The notes below the pieces were generated by a model. It worked only from the letters and a program-made list of their open reading frames with translations. It was not told the DNA's origin and ran no database searches. Of a DNA stretch of 64,000 bases, positions 9,813-18,585 are shown piece by piece (within the stretch, counting starts at the first letter, position 1; the number at the start of each line of letters is the position of its first letter). The position numbers were made by a program, and so were the translations under genes. Source of the stretch: Candidatus Marinacidobacterales bacterium (lineage in GTDB: Bacteria; Acidobacteriota; Vicinamibacteria; Marinacidobacterales; SMYC01); the NCBI GenBank assembly GCA_965237955.1, contig OZ250169.1:4256001-4320000 (forward strand). Direction: 5' to 3'.

Positions 9813-10717
9813 AAGTCAAGCCACTTCAGGACGCGATCGAGCGATGCCTTCGTAGGCTCATCGAGCTCGGCGCCCGGCGCGCGGATTCCTGCATGGCTCA
9901 GGGCACCACGTCGCTTCACGATTTCTTTGCGAATGGCCATGCCGATCCCGGGTTGGAACTCGAATCGCATCAGCGGGACGTGACGATAAAAGAAGTCTGC
10001 CGCCTCGTCGTGCTGACCGGCGTTCCACTTGGAGACGGTTTCGACAAGGAGCTTCGGGTAGGCGAACCACGTCATCGCGCCGTTTGCGCCGCTTATCAGC
10101 TCTTCTAGGAGGTAGCTTCCGCCCAATCCCCCAAAGATGTTGATGGTGATGTCAGTGTCGAGCCCTAGTCTGTCCTCCATCTCGCGGATACGCGCGATCT
10201 TGTGCGGTGTCGGAGCGTCTTCGAGCTTGATGGTCCGTGCAGAAGGAATCTCCCGGCAGATGTCGACGAGGAGAGACGCTTCCATGTGATACCCCGAGAT
10301 TGGGGGAAAATCCTGCACTACGATCGCGTCGTCGAAATGATCGGCGATGGTTCTGAAATGCCGGCGGATATAGCTGGAGTTGAGCTTGGGCATGCGCGGG
10401 GGGCTGACCATGACCCCGGCGGCGCCGGCGGTTTTCGCGTCCTCGCAGTAGTCGATGCAAGTGTCGAGACCAGCGGTGGTCGCGCCGACGATCACCGGGA
10501 CGCGACCGTTGGTGTGCTCCATGGTCGCGTCGAGGATCGCGTGACGCTCGCGGTCGTTGAGCCGAGCGACCTCGCTGGTCACGCCGAGTGCGGTGAACCC
10601 GGAGACACCGTCTTCGATAAACAGGTCGATGACGCGGCGAAGGCTTTCGGAATCGAAGTCGCCGTACTTGTCAAACGGGGTCGGCAAAACGGTGTAGACA
10701 CCTTCTAACTCGATCAT
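9809..10717 (-). CDS. Dihydrodipicolinate synthase (DapA/NAL) family aldolase/deaminase
   Basis: Motifs are PTPF, GVTSE, GRVPVIVG and the Schiff-base Lys in TIKLED. Confidence 0.88.
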   Translation of the reverse strand: MIELEGVYTVLPTPFDKYGDFDSESLRRVIDLFIEDGVSGFTALGVTSEVARLNDRERHAILDATMEHTNGRVPVIVGATTAGLDTCIDYCEDAKTAGAAGVMVSPPRMPKLNSSYIRRHFRTIADHFDDAIVVQDFPPISGYHMEASLLVDICREIPSARTIKLEDAPTPHKIARIREMEDRLGLDTDITINIFGGLGGSYLLEELISGANGAMTWFAYPKLLVETVSKWNAGQHDEAADFFYRHVPLMRFEFQPGIGMAIRKEIVKRRGALSHAGIRAPGAELDEPTKASLDRVLKWLDL

Positions 10718-10778
10718 GGCGGACGTTTTTTATCACGAGTTGCCAGGGAGGGCGAGCCGGACTTAGTATGCAACCTCC

Positions 10779-11762
10779 ATGAAGATTCACGTCATCTCGA
10801 GAGACGAGGTCAAACAGGCCGTCAGCATGGAGCAAGCCATCGAGACGGTGAAAGCTGCGTTCGAGCAGCTCTCCACCGGAAGCGCCAGTGTTCCCATCCG
10901 CACCCAGCTCGGCGTTCCACTCCACGACGGCGTCACCTTGTTCATGCCTGCGTATCTCGAACAGACCGACGAGCTCGGCATGAAGATGGTGTCGGTGTTC
11001 TCCGGCAACATCGAGCAAGGCCTTCCTACTATCAACGCCATGGTGATCCTCGTCGATGCCGAGACCGGGCTTCCTATTGCCATCATCGACGGCACTTACC
11101 TGACGGCGCTTCGTACCGGTGCCGGCTCCGGCGCGGCGACCGACCTGCTCGCCCGAGGCGACGCCAAGTCCGTGGCGGTGCTCGGTACCGGAGTACAGGG
11201 GCGAACCCAGCTGCGAGCGGTATGCACCGTCCGTTCGATCGAGAAGGTATTCGTATTCGACAAGCGTGACGCCGCCGCGGAGGCTTTCCGCGACGAAATG
11301 GCCAACGTGGTCTCCGCCGAAATCGAAGTTGCCACGACCGCCGCCCAAGCCGTTCGCAAAGCGGATATCGTTTGCACGGCCACGACATCGAAGACGCCAG
11401 TGTTCTCCGATGCAGATCTCGCCCCCGGCGTCCACGTGAACGCGATCGGCTCGTTCACCCCCCAGATGCAGGAGCTTCCCGGCGAGACCGTCGAGCGCTG
11501 TCTCCTCGTCGTTGACTCTCGCGCGGCGGTGTGGGCGGAGTCCGGCGATTTGATCATCCCTCGTGACGAGGGCCGCATCTCGGAAGACAGCGTCCATGCG
11601 GAGCTCGGGGAAATCGTCGCCGGCACCAAACCGGGACGAACGAGCGACGATCAGGTCACGGTGTTCAAAGCCGTCGGCAATGCCGTCCAAGATGTCTCGG
11701 TCGGCGCACGTGTTCTCGAAGAAGCGAAGAGAAAGAACTTGGGAACGATCGTTGATCTGTGA
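10779..11762 (+). CDS. Ornithine cyclodeaminase/mu-crystallin family protein (possible pyrroline-2-carboxylate reductase)
   Basis: Motifs are LFMPAY, LTALRTGA, GTGVQG, HVNAIGS and FKAVGNAVQD. Confidence 0.9.
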   Translation: MKIHVISRDEVKQAVSMEQAIETVKAAFEQLSTGSASVPIRTQLGVPLHDGVTLFMPAYLEQTDELGMKMVSVFSGNIEQGLPTINAMVILVDAETGLPIAIIDGTYLTALRTGAGSGAATDLLARGDAKSVAVLGTGVQGRTQLRAVCTVRSIEKVFVFDKRDAAAEAFRDEMANVVSAEIEVATTAAQAVRKADIVCTATTSKTPVFSDADLAPGVHVNAIGSFTPQMQELPGETVERCLLVVDSRAAVWAESGDLIIPRDEGRISEDSVHAELGEIVAGTKPGRTSDDQVTVFKAVGNAVQDVSVGARVLEEAKRKNLGTIVDL

Positions 11763-11774
11763 GAGCCGTCCACG

Positions 11775-13040
11775 ATGAGAGTCACGCTCGACTACGGTAC
11801 TGACGGGCTGGAAGTCGATCTCCCAGACGAAGGCACGACCGTGATCGAGCCCGCGTATCCACCAGGCGTCGACGATCCCGAGGAGACGCTTCGACAGGCG
11901 CTGGCCTCACCGATCGACGCGACGCCGCCACGAGAGATCGTCAAGGCGGGCGAGCGGGTAGCGATATCTGTTTGCGACGGCACGAGGCCGCAGCCGCGCG
12001 CGCTCATGTTGCGCGCGCTCTTCGAGTCGATGCCGGATGTGCGCCCGAAAGATATCGTGATCTTGATTGCGACAGGAACTCATCGGGCTAACAACGATGT
12101 CGAGCTAGAAGCGATGCTAGGCGACGATATCGTCGAGCGCTATCGGGTCGTGAACCACGACGCACGCGATGGGAGCACGCTGGCTTCGGTCGGTGAGAGC
12201 TCGAACGGAGTACCCGTTTTTCTGAACCGCGAGTGGATCGAAGCGGACGTTCGCATCACCACCGGTTTCGTGGAGCCGCACTTTTTCGCCGGTTTCAGCG
12301 GCGGACCCAAGATGGTGGCGCCCGGTCTTGCCGGGCTCGAGACGACGATGGTGCTGCACGATGCGCATCACGTCGGCCATCCGAAGGCGACATGGGGTGT
12401 CACCGAGGGAAACCCAATCCACGATGATGTGCGCGACATCGCACGCATGACCGGTGTGGACTTCGCGTTCGACGTCACCCTCAACGGTGAAAAAGAGATC
12501 ACGGCGGCGTTCGCGGGAGAGCTCTTCGCCGAGCATCGAGCCGCTTGTGAGACCTCGATGCTCGAGGCGATGCGAGAAGTGCCCGCGCCGTTCGATGTCG
12601 TCGTCACCACCAACTCCGGGTTTCCCTTGGACCAAAATCTCTACCAGACGATCAAAGGAATGTCGGCGGCGGCGAAGGTCGTTAAGGACGGCGGCGTGAT
12701 CCTGTGTGCGGCAGAGTGTCGCGACGGGTTGCCGGATCACGGCGCGTACGCCGAGCTCTTGAAGCGTGGATCCTCACCCGACGAGCTTCTCGAAATGGTG
12801 CACACGCCGGGTTTCGCAGAACCGGATCAGTGGCAGATTCAAGTTCAGGCGCAGATTCAAAAGCGCGCCCGGGTTCAGGTCAAGACGAGCTTTCTCTCGG
12901 AGCAAGCGCTTCGTGGCGCGCATTTCGAGCCCATGGAGGACGTTTCCGAAGCCGCCCGGCGCGCGCTCGAGGAAGCAGGGGAAGGGGGAACGCTGTGCGT
13001 GTTGCCTCGAGGACCACAAACGATCCCCTATGTTCGCTAG
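11775..13040 (+). CDS. Nickel-pincer-dependent lactate racemase (LarA) family protein
   Basis: Motifs are DGTRP, ATGTHR, NHD, VEPHFFAGFSGGPKMVAPG and PLDQNLYQTIKG. Confidence 0.88.
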   Translation: MRVTLDYGTDGLEVDLPDEGTTVIEPAYPPGVDDPEETLRQALASPIDATPPREIVKAGERVAISVCDGTRPQPRALMLRALFESMPDVRPKDIVILIATGTHRANNDVELEAMLGDDIVERYRVVNHDARDGSTLASVGESSNGVPVFLNREWIEADVRITTGFVEPHFFAGFSGGPKMVAPGLAGLETTMVLHDAHHVGHPKATWGVTEGNPIHDDVRDIARMTGVDFAFDVTLNGEKEITAAFAGELFAEHRAACETSMLEAMREVPAPFDVVVTTNSGFPLDQNLYQTIKGMSAAAKVVKDGGVILCAAECRDGLPDHGAYAELLKRGSSPDELLEMVHTPGFAEPDQWQIQVQAQIQKRARVQVKTSFLSEQALRGAHFEPMEDVSEAARRALEEAGEGGTLCVLPRGPQTIPYVR

Positions 13041-13128
13041 TGCCCGAACCCGGTGAGCCGCTATCGACTCGGGCCGATCTTCGTTATGATCCTCCTTACT
13101 GTAGAGGGTGGAAGGTTCGGAGACATAG

Positions 13129-14004
13129 ATGAAGCTGATTCGCTTTGGCGAGATGGGGAAAGAGCGACCCGGGATGTTGCTCCGAGACGGCTCGGTGATT
13201 GACTGCTCGATTTTCGGCGAAGACTACGATGAGAACTTCTTCGGCGATCGTGGCCTCAAGCGTCTCCGTCGCTGGGCGGCCACGTTCGCAACGTCGGCGG
13301 CCAAGGTCCATGCCCCAGTGCGCTACGGGCCACCGATCGCCCGGCCGAGCAAGATCGTTTGCGTCGGGCTCAACTATCGCGATCATGCACGAGAAACCGG
13401 CGCCGAGATCCCCAAAGAGCCCATCGTTTTCTTGAAGGCTACTTCGGCCGCAGCCGGGCCGTTCGATGACCTCGTCATCCCGCGTGGTGCGAGCAAAGTG
13501 GACTGGGAGATCGAGCTCGGCGTCGTCATTGGCGCGCGGACGAGCGTTGTTCCTCAAGCCCGGGCTGTCGACGCCATCGCCGGTTACCTCGTGGTCAACG
13601 ATTTCTCGGAGCGGTCGTTCCAACTCGATCACGGCGGGCAATGGGTCAAAGGGAAGAGCGCCGACGGGTTCGCGCCTCTAGGTCCGCATTTCGTGACGCC
13701 CGAGGAAATCGGAAACCCGCACGACCTGAAGATGTGTCTCGCCGTGAACGGAAAAACGATGCAGAACGGCTCCACCGCAAACATGATCTTCGGGATCCCG
13801 CAGGTCATCAGCTACGTGAGCCAGTTCATGACGCTTCTGCCCGGCGACATCATCAGCACCGGCACGCCATCGGGCGTTGGCTTAGGAAGAAAGCCGCCGC
13901 GCTTCCTCCAAGCTGGCGACGTCATCGAATCCGGAATCGAAGGTCTAGGAAAACAACGCCAAGAAGTGGTCCCGTGGCAGAAGGCGGCGAGCAAGTCAGC
14001 CTAA
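13129..14004 (+). CDS. Fumarylacetoacetate hydrolase family protein
   Basis: Motifs are KIVCVGLNYRDH, DWEIEL, NDFSER, GKSAD and GDIISTGTPSGVG. Confidence 0.92.
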   Translation: MKLIRFGEMGKERPGMLLRDGSVIDCSIFGEDYDENFFGDRGLKRLRRWAATFATSAAKVHAPVRYGPPIARPSKIVCVGLNYRDHARETGAEIPKEPIVFLKATSAAAGPFDDLVIPRGASKVDWEIELGVVIGARTSVVPQARAVDAIAGYLVVNDFSERSFQLDHGGQWVKGKSADGFAPLGPHFVTPEEIGNPHDLKMCLAVNGKTMQNGSTANMIFGIPQVISYVSQFMTLLPGDIISTGTPSGVGLGRKPPRFLQAGDVIESGIEGLGKQRQEVVPWQKAASKSA

Positions 14005-14098
14005 ATAAGCTCTTCTTCCCATTACTCGCCGCCGCCTCAAAGAGCGCGTGAGGGGTGCCCCAAAATAACTTGTCGCCACTCGAAGATCCCGCCAACAA

Positions 14099-15481
14099 TT
14101 ACTCGAATGCGGTCAACTTCATTCGCAAAATCGCATTCCCCGGATCGATCTCCACCGCTTCTGTGTAGAGCGCCTGAGCTCGATGCGCAAGCCCCACGGC
14201 TTCGTAAAGCTCTGCCAATCCGATGAGCGACTCGGTGTCGAACGGATCGATCCCGAGAGCTTCCTTGAAGTGCTCCTCGGCATTCCTTCGCCACTTCGGA
14301 TTTCGTGACAGCGCTTGCGCGAGGAGGCATTGATAGCGAACTTTGGAAGGCCCGATCCCAACGGCTTCTTCCATCAGCTTCACGACCTCGTGAAAGTCCC
14401 GCTGCGCGAAATATTTTTTCGCTTCTCGGTAGTAACGCTCCGCCATGTTCTCGCTGGATGTCGGTGGCTTGGGTTCCGGCTTCGGCGGAATGCTCGCTTT
14501 GGCAGTGACCTCACCCTTGGGCGCCTCGGTACGCAATGAGTTGTCGTAGCGCTTCCTCGACTGCGCGTTGCAAAGTGTTTCCTGCGCCTGCGTCACTTTC
14601 GTCAGGATCGCCTCGAGTTTCCTCCCAGCGGTCTCCACGATCTCTGGGGGGTGTCGATCCGGGTGGTATTTCTTGATGAGCGTCGTGAACGCTTTCTTGA
14701 GCTCTTTTGGTGCAGCGGTCCGGTGCACTTCCAGCCAGTCGTAATACGTGCCGGTCGATAGCGACCGGAGCTTCTCTTCGATGTCTTCCTGAACGCGACG
14801 CTCGTCGGCTGTCGACGCCGTCCTCGGGTCGCGCTTCGGCTTCGCCACCGTACGCACAGGCGGCTGGTGAAAGACGTCGATCGGTTCTTGTCGCTTCTGT
14901 ACCGACGGTGCGACCTCTCGGCTCTTCTTTTTGCCCACTTCGAGGAAGCCGCTCGCTAGCAGACCGTAGAGGCATCGAAGCGTTTCTACTTCGTCCAGCG
15001 GTGACATCGAAACGATGTCGGAGAGCGTAGCCGTCCCATCGACCCTCGAGAACACGAACCCTTCTTCGGGGGTCAAATTCGCGTAGTGAGCGATGACTCG
15101 CGGGTCCTTCGTGTAGGTCGCGACGCGGGCGACGTCGCCCACGGCGGCGCGAACTACTGCGGGCTCCATGAACCGCGTTCCCTCTAAGATGATAGGAACC
15201 GTAGGCAGGTCGAGCGGTACGCCAGTTTCGACGACGCTCGACTCTTGCTGAAACCGGAAGACTCCCTCGTTCCACTTGAACAGCGAGTGGATGATCCCGC
15301 GGACTTGCTCCGCCAACCGGGTTTGCATTTGATGCTCGCTCATGAGCCCGAGCGCGACGAGCGTCGTCCCCAATTTCTCGCGCCTCGCGCGCATCTTGTT
15401 CGATGCGAGGGCGAGGTTCGAGCGCGTGAGCGCGCCCTTGCGAACGAGCATTTCCCCTAGCCGGTCCGAATGCACTGTCGA
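14099..15481 (-). pseudogene. DUF4388 + J-domain (HPD) + TPR protein, 5'-truncated by IS5
   Basis: It contains RLGEMLV...W.EG.F.F (DUF4388), YYDWL...KKYHPD (J domain) and C-terminal TPRs. The N-terminus is cut at the IS inverted repeat. Confidence 0.8.
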
Positions 15482-15484
15482 GCT

Positions 15485-16569
15485 GCCTTGGTGCACAACT
15501 CCGATAGAGGCCGATAGCTCGCTTGGCCCCGACTCCCATCATCCGATCATCTCGCTATCAGGCATCCCGAGCGCCGTCATGGTGTTGAGAATCTTGCACC
15601 CGATCCTTGCCTCGACTCTCTGTGCCGCCAACCCTCTCGCTCGCATCGCTGAGCCCACGATAGCCTTGTAGCGATGGAACGTTGTCTCGACTTTGCTCCG
15701 TTTGCTGTAGCCCGATTCTGTGTGCCACTTTCGTTTGCCGAGCCGAGCTTGTGCTGCAATGTTGCGATTGCGCTGTCGGCTGCTCGCCGGCCCCGATGCG
15801 AGCTGGGCGCCCTTGCGCGGCGGTATCAGCACCCTCGGCGAGCAATGAGCGCTGTGATTCTCGATTGCCTCATAGACACCGCCGGCGTCGTATGCGGTGT
15901 CAGCTCTGGCCGATGAGATGGGACTGTCGATCTGTCCGACAAGCGATGCAACCCGCGATGAATCGCGGGCTCTTTTGCTCGTCAGCTCGCCGGCGACGAC
16001 TTCGCCACTCTGCTCGTCGACACACAGATGGAGCTTGCGATAGTCCCTGCTCTTTGGTGCTCTGCGCAGCTGGCCGGCGTGGACAGCGAGACCGCTGCTG
16101 TCGATCAAGATGTGCAACAGCGTCTTCTGCTTGTCTTGGTAGAAGGGGACCTTACCCAGCTTCGCCTTGCGCCTCGAGATCGTGGTGTGATCGGGCACAT
16201 CATTGTCTAGCTTCATCAGAGCGAACAACGATCGCAGCAATCCCTCGCTCTGCCTAGATGACAGATGAAACACCATGCCCAGGGTGACAGCCGTCTCGAT
16301 GGCGTGGTTCGAGTACTTGCGTTGACGGCCCGGTTTCCTCCTCCTCGGCCGGGGCGCGTCCCAGTTCACAAGCTTGCCGGCGGTGAGCGAGATCCAGACG
16401 GTCAGGCTCCCACGGTTGCGTAGACCCGCCTCATATTCACGCCAATTCCTCACGCGATAGGCCTTCTTCACATACTTCCGCTGAGTGCGTTTGAAAATGC
16501 TCATGGGGAACCTCGAATCCGTGAGTAAAGGACAATTGTGGACCGAGATCGCGAGTTGTGCACCAAGGC
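15485..16569 (-). mobile_element. IS5-family element (IS903 group) with perfect terminal inverted repeats
   Basis: gccttggtgcacaactc (15485-15501) pairs with gagttgtgcaccaaggc (16553-16569). The complementarity extends 3 more bp outward. Confidence 0.92.
15539..16504 (-). CDS. IS5-family DDE transposase
   Basis: Motifs are YRVRNWREYEAGLRNRGSLTVW, IDSSG, RKLHL, ADTAYD and YSKRSKVETTFHRYK. Confidence 0.93.
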   Translation of the reverse strand: MSIFKRTQRKYVKKAYRVRNWREYEAGLRNRGSLTVWISLTAGKLVNWDAPRPRRRKPGRQRKYSNHAIETAVTLGMVFHLSSRQSEGLLRSLFALMKLDNDVPDHTTISRRKAKLGKVPFYQDKQKTLLHILIDSSGLAVHAGQLRRAPKSRDYRKLHLCVDEQSGEVVAGELTSKRARDSSRVASLVGQIDSPISSARADTAYDAGGVYEAIENHSAHCSPRVLIPPRKGAQLASGPASSRQRNRNIAAQARLGKRKWHTESGYSKRSKVETTFHRYKAIVGSAMRARGLAAQRVEARIGCKILNTMTALGMPDSEMIG

Positions 16570-16572
16570 AGC

Positions 16573-16801
16573 GATTTTCCACGATTCGGGACAGATTTAC
16601 GACCACACGCGGGACTTGAAGTTCTTCGACTGGCACCGCAACTACGGGTTCGGGATCCGCCTTCGAAACGCCACCGGCACCCAGTTCCGCCTCGAGGTCG
16701 CCACCGGCGACGAGGGGTTCTCGGTGCACATTACCTTCGGCGACCGGCCGGTCCGCGCCTTCGGAGCCGGCCCGGTTCGCTACCCGCTCTACCGGCCATG
16801 A
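16573..16801 (+). pseudogene. 3' fragment of a BamA/TamA (Omp85) beta-barrel protein gene
   Basis: FHDSGQIY...NYGFGIRL...FRLEVATGDEG..VHITFG is typical of the C-terminal strands of Omp85. The gene is cut by IS5. Confidence 0.7.
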
Positions 16802-18486
16802 AGAAGACGAAGACGTTCCAGGTGCGCGTGTTGAGCCTGCTGAGCCTGGTGAGCTCGTTCGGCGCTCTGCCGTGCGAAGCAGTTGAGGAAAAGCTGTTCC
16901 TGCGGCCGCCCCTATGGGTGGATGCCGACGACAAAAGCATTCCGGAGCCCGAGGAGCGAGACGTCTCCGAGCTCTTCGATCGGTTGCGCAACACCTGACT
17001 CCGTCACCTGGATCTAGGATACGTCGGCCTCAAGTTGTCGAACAGGCCCGCCATGAACGTGAACGCCTGGGACGAGGTTCCCGACTCGTCCTGGTTCGTG
17101 AACCGGATCGGGCGCCGCCCGGTCTCCGTCGAGGAGCTCCTCGAAGGGGCGCCCGGCGTGGCGCCCCGGCCGGGAAGGTGGGAGGCGGTTCGCCTCAAGA
17201 CCCAGGGCTACACACCGGGCTTGCGCTTCGTCGACTCTGCCGGCGAAGGTTTCGTGCTCAAGTTCGACCCCGACGCTCCCGAGCGGAACTCCGCCGCGGA
17301 CAGGATCGGATCGCTCCTGATGCACGCGGCGGGCTACTACGCCCCGCAGAACAGCATCATCTACTTCTGGCCGTCCGACATCGTGCAGGCGGAGGACGCG
17401 CTGTTCGAGGACATGCTCGGGCGTAGGCGTCCCTTGACCTCGAACGATCTCGAGGCAGTGCTCTCCACGCTCACCCGGCGTGACGACGGCACCATCCGTG
17501 CCCTGGCGAGTCACTACCTGCCTGGAATCCCGAAGGGAAACTTTCCCTACTCGGGAACGCGCCAGGACGATCCGAACGACCTCATTCCCCACGAGCTACG
17601 GCGTGAGCTGAGAGGCCTGCGGGTGATCGCCTCGTGGTTCAACCACGTCGATGTAAAGGAGGTCAACAACCTCGACGTCTTCGTTTCCCGGGGTGACGCC
17701 GGTCATCTACGCCACTACTACATCGACTTCGGTTCGACGATGGGAAGCGGAGACTTCATGAACGGGCCGAAGCGCGTCGGCCACGAACATCTCTTCGACG
17801 GCTCGGCGATCGGCAAATCGCTCGTGACCCTCGGAGGCTGGGAGCGGCCGTGGGAGCGGGAAGAGGACGGTTTACCCGAGGTGGGCCACTTCGAGTCCGA
17901 GCTTTTCGAGCCTCGGACCTGGAAGGCCAATTATCCCAACCTCGCCTTCGAGGAAATGGATGCGAGCGACGCCTATTGGGGCGCCAAGATCGTAACTGCC
18001 TTCGACGACGAGCTCGTCTCAGCCCTCGTCTCGGCAGGCCAATACAGCCGTCCCGAGGTGCGCGCGTATCTCGAACGGGTCTTCCGCGAGCGCCGCGACA
18101 AGATCGGAAGATATTGGTTCGGCGTCGTGAGCCCCCTTGAGGACTTCGAGCTCCACCCGTCCGGAGGCGAGCTCGTCCTTCGATTCCGCGATCTCGGCGT
18201 CGAGCGCGAGTACGCTCGCCCCGAGGACAGGACCTATACCTTCGTGCTCGAAGAGCCTTCGAGGCTCGGGAGGATATCTTCCGTGTCCTCCGTCGACGTC
18301 CCCGAGATTCCCATCACCCGAGACGCCGCGAGGGCAGGGCCTCCCACCGACCGTTTCGGCCGCACGCCCATGCTCGTCGTGGAGGTTTCCGTCGCGGGTG
18401 GACCGCTTCCCGTGCGGGTCGTCATCGGACGCGATACAGGCGGGGATGAGCTGAAGGTTCTGGGCCTTGAACACGCCCCCCGCTGA
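16798..18486 (+). pseudogene. Secreted atypical-kinase-fold protein with one in-frame TGA (16996-16998)
   Basis: It has a signal peptide, NVNAWDEVPDSSWF, VLKFD, NHVDVKEVN and IDFG. ORFs 16798-16998 and 17035-18486 are in the same frame. Confidence 0.7.
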
Positions 18487-18585
18487 GCCAACGGGCCCGA
18501 GGGCAGCCGCACAGCGAGCATCGCTAGTGCCGGCGTGGCGAGCGTCACGAGTGGACCTTATGCTGGCGCTCCGCCAGGACTAGCA

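Noticed and set aside
15539-16729. 396-aa version of the IS5 transposase
   Set aside because: The extra N-terminal 75 aa cross the terminal IR into flanking DNA. The true start is the ATG at 16504.
16996-16998. In-frame TGA as selenocysteine or programmed read-through
   Set aside because: There is no redox motif or clear SECIS hairpin, and the upstream operon partner is destroyed. A TGG-to-TGA nonsense change is simpler.
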